Under the pieces are notes generated by a model. It was given only the letters and a program-made list of their open reading frames with translations. It was not told where the DNA came from and did not search any database. 64,000 bases of DNA from an uncultured Bacteroidales bacterium (GTDB taxonomy: Bacteria > Bacteroidota > Bacteroidia > Bacteroidales > UBA932), in assembly GCA_944322565.1 (NCBI GenBank), contig CALUPG010000002.1, positions 208,522-272,521 of the forward strand, read 5' to 3'. The stretch's first letter is position 1. Each line of letters starts with the position of its first letter. This document shows, piece after piece, positions 19,829-29,337 of this stretch. Both the position numbers and the translations under genes were made by a program.

Positions 19829-21370
19829 ATGACTCAGGATGAACTTTTCAAGGCTCTCGTGGCACATTGCAAGGAATACGGATTCATTTTTCCTTCCAGC
19901 GAGATTTATGACGGTCTTGCAGCCGTATATGATTACGGTCAGATGGGAGTGGAACTTAAGAACAATATCAAGAGATACTGGTGGGAAGCCATGGTCAGGC
20001 TTCATGAGAATATTGTAGGAATAGATTCCTGTATATTCATGCATCCTAAGATTTGGGAGGCGTCCGGACATGTAGGGGCATTCAATGACCCTCTCATTGA
20101 CAACAAGGATTCGAAAAAGAGATATCGTGCAGACGTCCTTATTGAGGATTATATTGCCAAACTTGAGGAGAAGATAAAGAAAGAGGTCGAGAAGGGCCGC
20201 AAGAAATTCGGAGACGGCTTTGATGAGGCGAAGTTCCTTGATACCAACCCTAATGTATTGAGAAACAAGTCCAGGATAGAAGAAGTACGTAAGCGTATGG
20301 CAGATGCCCTCAATGCCAATAACCTTGCCGAACTCCGCCAGATAATCATCGACTGCGAGATTGTGTGTCCGATATCAGGGACAAAGAACTGGACTGACGT
20401 GCGTCAGTTCAACCTGATGTTCAGCACCCAGCTCGGAAACACTTCTGATGATACCAATGTCATCTATCTCCGTCCTGAGACTGCTCAGGGTATTTTCGTC
20501 AATTACCTTAATGTGCAGAAGACCGGGCGCATGAAGATTCCTTTCGGAATAGCACAGATAGGAAAGGCTTTCAGAAACGAGATTGTAGCCCGTCAGTTCA
20601 TCTTCAGGATGAGGGAGTTCGAGCAGATGGAAATGCAGTTCTTCATCAAGCCGGGCACTGAGCTTGACTGGTTCAGGACATGGAAGCAGAACCGTCTCGC
20701 ATGGCACGAGGCTCTTGGTATGGGAAATGAAAACTACCGCTTCCACGACCATGAGAAGCTTGCACACTATGCAAATGCCGCCACAGACATTGAGTTTAAC
20801 TTCCCGTTCGGCTTCAAGGAGCTGGAGGGTATTCATTCAAGGACTGACTTTGACCTCGGAAATCATCAGAAGTTCTCCGGAAAGAAGATCCAGTACTTTG
20901 ACTCTGAAAGCGGAGAAAGCTATACTCCATACGTCATCGAGACCTCAATCGGAGTGGACAGGATGGTGCTTGCTGTTCTCTCCAATTCATTTAAAGAAGA
21001 GACTTTGGAGAATGGCGAGACCCGTACTGTGCTGAGCATTCCGGCCCCGCTTGCCCCGGTGAAGGTCGCCGTGCTTCCTCTCATCAAGAAAGACATGCTT
21101 CCAGAGCTTGCCCAGACCATCATGGATGAACTGAAATATGACTTCAATTGCCAGTATGACGAGAAGGACAGCATCGGCAAGAGGTACCGCCGTCAGGATG
21201 CCATCGGCACGCCGTTCTGCGTCACGGTTGACCACGACTCTCTCAACGACCATTGCGTGACAGTGCGCGACCGTGATACCATGACCCAGGAGAGAGTGAA
21301 GATTGAGGAGCTGCACAAGCTCATCAATGACCGTGTGAGCATGACTTCACTTCTGAAGAAACTGAAATAG
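19829..21370 (+). CDS. glyQS: Glycine--tRNA ligase (alpha2 type)
   Basis: SSEIYDG, YDYG, LRPETAQG, FRNEI, REFEQME, KRYRRQDAIGTPFC. Start MTQDELF at 19829. Confidence 0.97.
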   Translation: MTQDELFKALVAHCKEYGFIFPSSEIYDGLAAVYDYGQMGVELKNNIKRYWWEAMVRLHENIVGIDSCIFMHPKIWEASGHVGAFNDPLIDNKDSKKRYRADVLIEDYIAKLEEKIKKEVEKGRKKFGDGFDEAKFLDTNPNVLRNKSRIEEVRKRMADALNANNLAELRQIIIDCEIVCPISGTKNWTDVRQFNLMFSTQLGNTSDDTNVIYLRPETAQGIFVNYLNVQKTGRMKIPFGIAQIGKAFRNEIVARQFIFRMREFEQMEMQFFIKPGTELDWFRTWKQNRLAWHEALGMGNENYRFHDHEKLAHYANAATDIEFNFPFGFKELEGIHSRTDFDLGNHQKFSGKKIQYFDSESGESYTPYVIETSIGVDRMVLAVLSNSFKEETLENGETRTVLSIPAPLAPVKVAVLPLIKKDMLPELAQTIMDELKYDFNCQYDEKDSIGKRYRRQDAIGTPFCVTVDHDSLNDHCVTVRDRDTMTQERVKIEELHKLINDRVSMTSLLKKLK

Positions 21371-21390
21371 GAAATCGGATATATCCAAAC

Positions 21391-21427
21391 GAGGGCGTGT
21401 CAAAAGCAAGACACGCCCTCTCTTTTT
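21391..21427 (+). terminator. Intrinsic terminator after glyQS
   Basis: GAGGGCGTGTC/GACACGCCCTC 11-bp stem followed by TCTTTTT. Confidence 0.8.
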
Positions 21428-21437
21428 AGTTTCTGTT

Positions 21438-21584
21438 ACGGCCGGTGGACATGTAAAATGGCCTCCGACGGCCGTGATTTTCCGGCAAAAGTGTGGCCGT
21501 TGGTATTTTGAAAATGCCGTCGGGCGCGAAAACCATGCAAAACCGCGGCCGGTGGACAGCATTTTGGGTCTCCACCGGGCGCGC
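21438..21584. repeat. Composite triple-hairpin intergenic repeat, copy 1
   Basis: Collinear with 41106-41253, about 80% identical by hand alignment. Hairpins CGGCCGGTGGA...TCC(G/A)(A/C)CGG. Confidence 0.85.
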
Positions 21585-21623
21585 TGTCACCAACAAACGG
21601 ACAATTCAACCTCGTCTTCTTCA

Positions 21624-22580
21624 CTACATTTTTCTGTACCTCAGGGGAGTGAGGCCGGTACGGGCCTTGAAGAACTTGTGGAAGGTGGACTGGTTGGGAA
21701 AATGAAGCCTGTTCACAATCTCTTTTATAGGAATATCTGAATATTTCAGCATATTCTTGGCTTCCAATATGATATAAGTGTCAATCCATTCCGGGGCTGA
21801 TTTTCCGGAAGCGGATTTGACCAGTCTTGAAAGATATTTAGGGGTGAGGCACAGCTTGTCTGCATAGAATGCCACACCCCTTTCTTGTGTATGGAACTCA
21901 GATACAAGGCTGATGAATCCGTTGAAGACGGTCTTGCTGCGGTCTGTTCCGGAAGTTTCAGTCCCGCATGAGCTTATGCTTCTCTCGATGACGCTGCCGA
22001 ACAGGTAGAATGATGAGGACAGCAGGGCCGTCATGCATTCTCTCTTGTATGTGAGTGTGGAGCCGAGAATCTCCGATGCCATGTCTATGTATTTCTTGGC
22101 CACCGTCTTTTCTTCGTCCGTTAGTGTGAAGCACGGGTTTTTCAGCAGCGCAAGGCTTTTTGACATCAGCTGCGGAACATTGAATTTGAGGCTTGACATA
22201 TATTCCTTTGTCATTGCCATCACCATGAAATGAAGTTTTTCTTTCTGCGCCCCGTCTATTTCCGGAACTGTGATGATGTCTCCCGGAAAATCAATGAAAA
22301 GGGAATTTTCACAGACTTCGAATTCTGTCAGGTTGATGGATATCCTGAAATTCCCCGAGATGCAGAAAAACATCAGGAAACCGTCGAATCTGCAAGGACG
22401 GACGAGCATTTCCAGACATTTGTCGTACCTGAGCTCAATTACACAGAAGTCGTCTCCTACGCTCATTCTGCTTGTGACGGGAAACATCTGCATGAATTCA
22501 GCCAGATTTACTGTGCGTACATCAGATTGTGTGATTTTGTGTGCCATATCTGTCAATGTTATTCCGGCTGCAGCCTCCAT
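21624..22580 (-). CDS. AraC-family transcriptional regulator
   Basis: C-terminal double HTH (FYADKLCLTPKYLSRLVK...LHFPNQSTFHKFFKARTGLTPLRYR). Divergent from the efflux operon. Confidence 0.93.
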   Translation of the reverse strand: MEAAAGITLTDMAHKITQSDVRTVNLAEFMQMFPVTSRMSVGDDFCVIELRYDKCLEMLVRPCRFDGFLMFFCISGNFRISINLTEFEVCENSLFIDFPGDIITVPEIDGAQKEKLHFMVMAMTKEYMSSLKFNVPQLMSKSLALLKNPCFTLTDEEKTVAKKYIDMASEILGSTLTYKRECMTALLSSSFYLFGSVIERSISSCGTETSGTDRSKTVFNGFISLVSEFHTQERGVAFYADKLCLTPKYLSRLVKSASGKSAPEWIDTYIILEAKNMLKYSDIPIKEIVNRLHFPNQSTFHKFFKARTGLTPLRYRKM

Positions 22581-22744
22581 TTCTTTGCCAAACCTGCGAC
22601 AAAATTAAAAAATTCTACCTTTTGACAAATTTGATGTTCAAACGGAACATAAATTTCATCCGACGGGCATTTTTTTAGTATGCTTCCGCCGTCGCATCCG
22701 GAGTCTGAATGACGGATTCCGGAAGATTTAAATTTAGCTCAAGA

Positions 22745-24235
22745 ATGAAAAGAAAATTATTTGCTGCGGCATTCCTTCTTCTCCTGCCCCTTGCCCCTTC
22801 TGCGGCCGGGGCGGCTGAGGTGATGACTCTGCAGCAGTGCCGTGATTCTGCTGTCAGGAACAACATTTCCCTGAAGATGGCGCAGCAGAAGGTGACTCTG
22901 GCCGGCTATGACAGAAAAATAGCCATGGCGAATTATTTCCCCGGGATTTCCGTCACCGGGGCTTATATGTACAACAGCAGGAATCTCAGCCTGCTTTCTC
23001 AGGAGAAGTCGGACATGCTGACAGGTCTGGGAACCGGTATCCAGGGGTCCCTGCATTCCGGCCTGGAGAATCTGATGTCCGACCCGGTGTTTTCCTCCAT
23101 CCTGCAGGAAAATCCTGGCATGATGAAGCTGATGGAGGAACTCATGTCGGCTGACATAGCATCCTCGGTCAATGCCATCGGCTCTGAAATCAACAGAGCA
23201 TTTGAACTTGACATCCATAATGTGTTTGCCGGGACAGTTTCACTGAGGCAGCCGGTCTTCGCCGGAGGAAAAATCATCAATGCCAACCGTCTGGCGAAGC
23301 TTGCCGAAGACCTTGCCCGGTCGCAGTATGATATGGAGTATAGGGCCGTCGTGTCGGAAGTGGACAACGCCTACTGGCAGATTGTTTCAATTTCCAACAA
23401 GAAGAGACTCGCACAGGATTATGCCGACCTGCTGGAAATGATGCTGCATGATACCGAAGTTCTTGTAGAGGAGGGAATGGCGACCCGTGCCGACCTGCTG
23501 TCTGTAAAAGTCCGGGCCAATGAAGCTGACCTGCTTCTCACCAAGGCCGGAAACGGACTTGTGCTTGCGAAGATGCTGCTGTGCAGGCTGTGCGGACTGC
23601 CTCTTGACACGGAACTGGAGCTCGCAGACGAATGCCTTGACAAAGTCCCTCTCCCGATAATGGGAAGCAGGGCCGGCGAAGAAGAAATTTTTGCGTCGAG
23701 GCCGGAGATACGGAGCCTGGAGCTTGCCTCAAGGATTTATGGCAGAAAGGCTGCCATTGCCCGTGCCGACATGATGCCCAAGGTGGCTCTGACAGCAAAT
23801 TACCTGCTTACGAATCCCAATATGTATCACGGATACAGCAACAGCTTTGCAGGAATGTTCAATGTCGGAGTGGCCGTGGAAATACCTGTTTTCCATGGAT
23901 GTGAGGCAATGCAAAAAGTACGCAGGGCGAAGGCGGAGTCTGTCATGGCAGAGTGCATGCTAGAAGATGCGAAAAAGAAGATTGCCATGCAGGTGGAGCA
24001 GCTGCGCAGACAGGAAGACGAGGCGCTGGAGAAACTCTGCATGGCAGAGAACAGTCTCGGATGCGCCGAGGAAAATCTGCGGGCGGCAACAGCCGGCTAT
24101 GCCGAAGGCATGGTCCCTGCCAATACTCTGATGCAGGCACAGACTGCGTGGATGCAGGCACATTCTGAATATATCGATGCAGGAGTTGAGCTGCAGCTGC
24201 ATGCCGTGGCTCTGGCCCTTGCCGAGGGAAGATAG
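22745..24235 (+). CDS. TolC-family outer-membrane efflux protein
   Basis: Signal peptide and two OEP repeats (QPVFAGGKI; P.VALTANY...IPVFHG). Confidence 0.9.
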   Translation: MKRKLFAAAFLLLLPLAPSAAGAAEVMTLQQCRDSAVRNNISLKMAQQKVTLAGYDRKIAMANYFPGISVTGAYMYNSRNLSLLSQEKSDMLTGLGTGIQGSLHSGLENLMSDPVFSSILQENPGMMKLMEELMSADIASSVNAIGSEINRAFELDIHNVFAGTVSLRQPVFAGGKIINANRLAKLAEDLARSQYDMEYRAVVSEVDNAYWQIVSISNKKRLAQDYADLLEMMLHDTEVLVEEGMATRADLLSVKVRANEADLLLTKAGNGLVLAKMLLCRLCGLPLDTELELADECLDKVPLPIMGSRAGEEEIFASRPEIRSLELASRIYGRKAAIARADMMPKVALTANYLLTNPNMYHGYSNSFAGMFNVGVAVEIPVFHGCEAMQKVRRAKAESVMAECMLEDAKKKIAMQVEQLRRQEDEALEKLCMAENSLGCAEENLRAATAGYAEGMVPANTLMQAQTAWMQAHSEYIDAGVELQLHAVALALAEGR

Positions 24236-24236
24236 T

Positions 24237-25268
24237 ATGAAATACAAGACAAGGATGAATATGGAAAAGACAAAGAAAAATTATAATCTGCTTATCGGAA
24301 TCATTGCTCTGCTGGCTGTAATTGCCGTGGTGGCTGTCACAGGCTATATTGTGTCAAAGCCGAAGCCTGCTGTAATCCAGGGTCAGGCGGAGGCCACGGA
24401 ATACAGGGTATCGGGAAAAGTACCGGGAAGAATAGTGAGGTTCTATGCAGGAGAAGGGGATATGGTCTGCAAAGGCGATACTCTGGCTGAAATCGACAGT
24501 CCGGAAGTGAGGGCGAAGCTTGCACAGGCACTGGCCGTGAAATCTGCAGCGGAAGCACAGAAGGAAAAGGCTCTGGCAGGGGCAAGACAGGAACAGATAG
24601 CAGGTGCTTATGAAGTATGGCAACAGGCCCTGGCCAATGAGGAAATAATGGAAAAGTCCTTCAGCAGGGTGAGCCGCCTGTATGAACAGAATGTGGTCAG
24701 CGCCCAGAAATATGACGAGACCCAGGCAAGGTACAAGGCAGCAAAGGCGATGAGTGCGGCAGCCAAGTCCCAGTATGACATGGTCGTGGGCGGGGCGAGA
24801 AAAGAAGACAGAGATGCCGCTGCCGCCCTTGCCGAGCAGGCTGCCGGAGCCCTTGCCGAGGTCGAGTCCTATCTCGGTGAACTTTATCTCACGGCGCCTG
24901 CTGACGGAATCATTTCAGCCCGTTTTCCTAAGGCGGGAGAACTTGTGGGACAGGGGGCTCCTGTAATGGCTGTCACTGACCTTGATGATGTGTGGTTCAC
25001 GTTCAACATCAGGGAGGACATGCTCCGCGGGATGAACATAGGAGACGAGCTGACAGTCACCGTACCGGCTCTCGGCAATGCCAGTTACAGGACACGTGTC
25101 AGCTATATGAGTGTGTTGCAGTCTTATGCAACCTGGAGAGCCACAAGAGACGCGGGCGGCTATGATGCAAGGACATTTGAAGTAAGGAGTGTTCCGGAAG
25201 AAAAGATTGAGGGGCTTCTTCCGGGAATGACGGCAATAGCAATTGACCAGGGAAGGGCAGTACGATGA
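24237..25268 (+). CDS. HlyD-family membrane fusion protein
   Basis: N-terminal TM, lipoyl-like halves (VSGKVPGRI...EGDMV..GD; LTAPADGII) and a coiled coil. Confidence 0.9.
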   Translation: MKYKTRMNMEKTKKNYNLLIGIIALLAVIAVVAVTGYIVSKPKPAVIQGQAEATEYRVSGKVPGRIVRFYAGEGDMVCKGDTLAEIDSPEVRAKLAQALAVKSAAEAQKEKALAGARQEQIAGAYEVWQQALANEEIMEKSFSRVSRLYEQNVVSAQKYDETQARYKAAKAMSAAAKSQYDMVVGGARKEDRDAAAALAEQAAGALAEVESYLGELYLTAPADGIISARFPKAGELVGQGAPVMAVTDLDDVWFTFNIREDMLRGMNIGDELTVTVPALGNASYRTRVSYMSVLQSYATWRATRDAGGYDARTFEVRSVPEEKIEGLLPGMTAIAIDQGRAVR

Positions 25269-26434
25269 AATTTATGTCAAATGTCCGGTCGGCGATGCGC
25301 AGGGAACTGCGCATCATGGTGCAGCGTCCGGTGTATCTTATGGCTTCTGTCGGAGTCATGGCATTCTGCATGTTGTTTTTCAGCACATTTTTCAGGGAGG
25401 GAATACCGCAGGACCTGCCTATAGGAGTGGTGGACCTTGACAATACTTCCCTGTCAAGGAATATGGTGAGGCAGATTGACGCCACCCAACTCGGGAAAAC
25501 CATAGAATTCGTCTCATATACTGAGGCCAGGGAGGCGATGCAGACAGGAAGAATCTGCGCGTTCTGCCTCATTCCGTCCGGGATGTATGCTGATGTACTT
25601 TCCGGAAGGCAGCCGGAGTTCACTTTCTATGTCAATTCCCTGTATATGGTAGGAGGTGCACTTGCCTACAAGGACCTTCTGATGATGTCCAACATGATTT
25701 CAGGGGGAATACAGCGGGAAGTGCTCCGCAGCATGGGACTCGGTGATGAGGCTGCCATGGCCCGCATCCAGCCTGTGGCAGTGGATGCTCACCAGATAGG
25801 CAATGCGGCAACGAGCTACAATGTGTACCTTACCAACATGCTGGTTCCGGGAATACTGGAGATGTCAGTGATTCTGATGACTGTGTATGCCCTGTGTTCA
25901 GAGCTGAAATACGGGACTTCAAGACATCTTCTTGAAAAATCCGGAGGCATGATGACTGCCGCCATGACCGGGAAACTGGCAGTATATACTGTCCTGTTCA
26001 CAGCAATGGGAATTGTCTGCGACATCTTCCTGTACCATTGGGCAGGATTTCCGCTGAAAGGTTCAATATGGAACATGTTCCTTGCCACATTCCTTATGAT
26101 ATTGGCCTGTGAGGCGGTGGGATTCTTCATAGCCGGCACCCTGCCTGTCCTCCGGATTGCCCTCAGCGTAGCGGCACTTTTCAGCACTCTGGCATTGTCT
26201 CTGACCGGATTTACATTTCCTGTCGAGGCCTTGCCCCCGGCTGTCCGCGGACTGTCCGTGCTGTTCCCCCTCAGGCATTATTATCTGATTTATGTGCAGG
26301 AAACCATATTCGGGAGCGGCTTCTCAGGCTGGTATTCCCAGGCAATATGCCTGCTTCTTTTCCTTCTTCTGCCTCTGCCCGTATATGCGAGGCTAAGGGC
26401 GGCTTATGTAAACCAGAATTTTCCCCGAAAATAA
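25265..26434 (+). CDS. ABC-2 type transporter permease (YbhS-like)
   Basis: LPIGVVDLDNTSLSR periplasmic domain, six TM helices and GFTFP...P motif. Confidence 0.88.
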   Translation: MKFMSNVRSAMRRELRIMVQRPVYLMASVGVMAFCMLFFSTFFREGIPQDLPIGVVDLDNTSLSRNMVRQIDATQLGKTIEFVSYTEAREAMQTGRICAFCLIPSGMYADVLSGRQPEFTFYVNSLYMVGGALAYKDLLMMSNMISGGIQREVLRSMGLGDEAAMARIQPVAVDAHQIGNAATSYNVYLTNMLVPGILEMSVILMTVYALCSELKYGTSRHLLEKSGGMMTAAMTGKLAVYTVLFTAMGIVCDIFLYHWAGFPLKGSIWNMFLATFLMILACEAVGFFIAGTLPVLRIALSVAALFSTLALSLTGFTFPVEALPPAVRGLSVLFPLRHYYLIYVQETIFGSGFSGWYSQAICLLLFLLLPLPVYARLRAAYVNQNFPRK

Positions 26435-26454
26435 AATGCTTGTATCAAGACAGT

Positions 26455-27591
26455 ATGAAAAAATATATTGAGGCATGGATAAGAGACTGGGTGCAGATTT
26501 TTTCCAGGGAACTTCGCTATATATTCAGCGACGGAGGTGTCTTGGTAGTATTTTTCCTTGCCGGACTCGTCTATCCTCTTCTCTACGGAATCATCTATCA
26601 CAACGGGACTGTAGATGACATGCCTGTGGCTGTGATTGATGCCTCGGGCAGCAGCTCAGGCAGGGAATTCATCAGAAAACTGGATGCGACAAGGGAACTT
26701 GCGGTGACCCGCAGCTGTCCTGCAATGGCTGAGGCGGAAAAGCTGATGCAGGAGAGGGAAGTGCATGGAATCGTACTGATTCCGGAGGATTTTGACCGCT
26801 GTATTGCAGAAGGCAGGCAGGCTCATGTCTCCACATATGCCGACATGAGCAGTTTCCTGTATTACAAGAATCTCTCCATGGGAGTGAACAATGTCATGCT
26901 CGACAGCATGAGGGAAATCTCCAGGCTTCCGCAGCCCTTGCTGTATGAAGCGTCAATGCCGTACAACAGCACTTTCTCCTATACGGTGTTTTTCCTTTCG
27001 GCGGTACTGCTCATCGTCATCCAGCAGACCATGTTCTACGGCATATCAATGCTGACGGGTACCATGAGGGAGGAAAACCGCAGTCTTGCAGTCCTGCCGG
27101 ATATGCTCAATGGGAAAGGCATATCGAGAATCGTCTTGGGCAGAGGAGCAGCCTACTGGCTGATTTACATGGCAATAGGTATCTATGTTGCCGTCATTGT
27201 CCCGGCTGTTACCGGGCTTCCCCGCAACTGCAGTTTCGGCAGTGTCATTATTCTGCTGCTTTTCTATGTCTCGGCATGTGTGCTTTTCAGCTTTACTTTC
27301 AGTGCGCTTGTCCGTCACCGCGAAACTGTATTTGTAATGTTCTTGTTCATGTCTCCTGTCTGCCTTTTCCTGACAGGTTTTGCCTGGCCTCAAAGCAATT
27401 TTCCCCCTGTCTGGGAAGCATTCTCATGGATTTTCCCTTCAACATTTGCCGTAAGGGCGTTCATAAACATGAATACTGCCGGCGCAAGCCTTGGCATGGC
27501 CGGCAGTAATATTGTTGCGCTCTCGGTGCAGATTGCCGTATATTATATCCTTTCTGTCATTTTATCGGGAATTCCACGCCGTCAGGAGTGA
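26455..27591 (+). CDS. ABC-2 type transporter permease (YbhR-like)
   Basis: MPVAVIDASGSSSGREFIR, TM helices and LTGFAWP motif. Confidence 0.88.
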   Translation: MKKYIEAWIRDWVQIFSRELRYIFSDGGVLVVFFLAGLVYPLLYGIIYHNGTVDDMPVAVIDASGSSSGREFIRKLDATRELAVTRSCPAMAEAEKLMQEREVHGIVLIPEDFDRCIAEGRQAHVSTYADMSSFLYYKNLSMGVNNVMLDSMREISRLPQPLLYEASMPYNSTFSYTVFFLSAVLLIVIQQTMFYGISMLTGTMREENRSLAVLPDMLNGKGISRIVLGRGAAYWLIYMAIGIYVAVIVPAVTGLPRNCSFGSVIILLLFYVSACVLFSFTFSALVRHRETVFVMFLFMSPVCLFLTGFAWPQSNFPPVWEAFSWIFPSTFAVRAFINMNTAGASLGMAGSNIVALSVQIAVYYILSVILSGIPRRQE

Positions 27592-28549
27592 CCGTCGTCT
27601 GGCCTGCTTCCGGCCTTGCAAGGTGTCCGATAATGTCGTAGACCTGAAAGTCCCGGCGGAATTTCTCGTGCTGTCCTATCGGAATTGTGAACAGCAGGCG
27701 GCAGTCGTCACCTCCGTTCATAGCCACAGACATCGGGTCTACATTGAATTCCTTGGCAACGTCGAACATTTTTCCCGGGAACGGAATCTTGTCCACATAG
27801 ATTTTTACTCCGAATCCGCTGTCACGGGACAGCCGTTTGACAGCATCACGAAGGCCTCGGGTGACTAAATATCCGTAGGACGGGATGATTCCGGTATCTT
27901 CAAGCTGCTCTACTGTCCCGGGGTTGATTTCCGGCTTCAGGTAGGCCCCTATGAGATGCCTGTAGTCGTCCAGTTTCGGCTGGTTGAGGTCATCCTTTGT
28001 GGCAGAGAATTTCTTTTTTTCTCTTTCCAGCACCTGCATCCCCATGAATGCTCCTCCCAGATTGCCGGAAATGCATATCAGGTCCATGCTTTTGGCCGGC
28101 ATCCTTCTTTTTGCCGTGAGATTGGCCGTGAATCCGGTTGCAGATACCGAGATGCACAGGCCGTTCTGTGACGGGACAAGATCCAATGCAATATTTTTCA
28201 CTTTATGCTCTTTTGCGGCTGTCACTATGCCGTCCCATATTTCTTTTGTCTGCCCGAAGTCAAGCTTTGCGGAGAGTCCGAGTATGACGGACAGGGAAGC
28301 AGGCTTGGCCATAGATGCGTAGAGCTCACCGATGACGGAAATGACACTTTTGTAGCCCAGATGCTTGAAAGGGAAATATACGAGGTCAAAGTCAATGCCT
28401 TCAAGAAACAGTCTGGATGCCGTGCGGGCTATGTCTCCTTTTGAATCCGCTTCTGCTCCGCCGTTACACCAGGGTCTGTATCCGGTGCCTTCGAAGAGTT
28501 TTTCAATGGCCGCCGTACGGCCTATTTCAGAGAATTTTTCTTCCTGCAT
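27557..28549 (-). CDS. Thiamine-monophosphate kinase (ThiL)-like protein with degenerate active site
   Basis: ThiL scaffold motifs LEGIDFDL.Y.P.KHLGYK, DLICISGNLG and AMNGGDD.LLFTIP are retained, while the catalytic Asp motifs are not. Start at MQEEKF. Confidence 0.8.
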   Translation of the reverse strand: MQEEKFSEIGRTAAIEKLFEGTGYRPWCNGGAEADSKGDIARTASRLFLEGIDFDLVYFPFKHLGYKSVISVIGELYASMAKPASLSVILGLSAKLDFGQTKEIWDGIVTAAKEHKVKNIALDLVPSQNGLCISVSATGFTANLTAKRRMPAKSMDLICISGNLGGAFMGMQVLEREKKKFSATKDDLNQPKLDDYRHLIGAYLKPEINPGTVEQLEDTGIIPSYGYLVTRGLRDAVKRLSRDSGFGVKIYVDKIPFPGKMFDVAKEFNVDPMSVAMNGGDDCRLLFTIPIGQHEKFRRDFQVYDIIGHLARPEAGQTTVTPDGVEFPIK

Positions 28550-28760
28550 ATTGAGTCTTGATTTATTTTCAAATTTCTGAACTGATTTCTCCGCCTCAGA
28601 GTTGATACACAAAAATACAAATTTTGAATATCATCTGAAAATTCCTAATTTTGAATGATGTGAAGAATCCGCTGAATTTGATCAGACATTGTCCGGCCTG
28701 TTGATTTGAACGGGCCATATCAGGGAAATAGAATATCAACATGAAAAATATAATATCAGT

Positions 28761-29309
28761 ATGGCAACAGTAAATTTCAAGGGTTCTCCGGTGGAATTGT
28801 CCGGTGAACTTCCTAAGGTAGGGGAGGAGGCTCCCAAGTTCGGCGGCGTGAAGGGTGACCTTACGACTGTGCATCTTCCGGAATTACGTGGAAAAAAGGT
28901 GCTTATAAATATTTTCCCGAGTCTTGACACTCCGGTATGTGCGGCTTCAGTAAGACGGTTCAACAAAGAGGCCTCTGCCCTTGACAATACTGTGGTACTC
29001 TGCGTATCAAAGGATCTTCCTTTCGCCCAGTCAAGGTTCTGTGCTGCCGAAGGGTTGGAAAATGTCGTCCCTCTTTCAGTATTCAGATGCCATCATTTTG
29101 ATGAAAGATATGGCCTCACCATGACGGAAGGTCCGCTTAAGGGCCTTCTTGCCAGAGCAATCATTGTCGTGGATGAAAGCGGAACCATAGTCTATGAGCA
29201 GCTTGTTCCGGAAGTGACCGACGAACCTGACTATGAATCGGCCCTGAATATCCTGAAGAATCCGGATGCTCCGGAGAATTACCGTCTGAGCCCGGACGCT
29301 CTGAAATAA
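28761..29309 (+). CDS. tpx: Thiol peroxidase (atypical 2-Cys peroxiredoxin)
   Basis: FPSLDTPVCAASVRRFN, SKDLPFAQSRFC and LLARAIIV. Confidence 0.95.
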   Translation: MATVNFKGSPVELSGELPKVGEEAPKFGGVKGDLTTVHLPELRGKKVLINIFPSLDTPVCAASVRRFNKEASALDNTVVLCVSKDLPFAQSRFCAAEGLENVVPLSVFRCHHFDERYGLTMTEGPLKGLLARAIIVVDESGTIVYEQLVPEVTDEPDYESALNILKNPDAPENYRLSPDALK

Positions 29310-29337
29310 TAGAATATACGCAATACGGGAAGACGCA

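Noticed and set aside
27557-28549. thiL-like gene as a pseudogene
   Set aside because: The frame is fully open and structural motifs are selectively retained, which fits a pseudo-enzyme better than decay.
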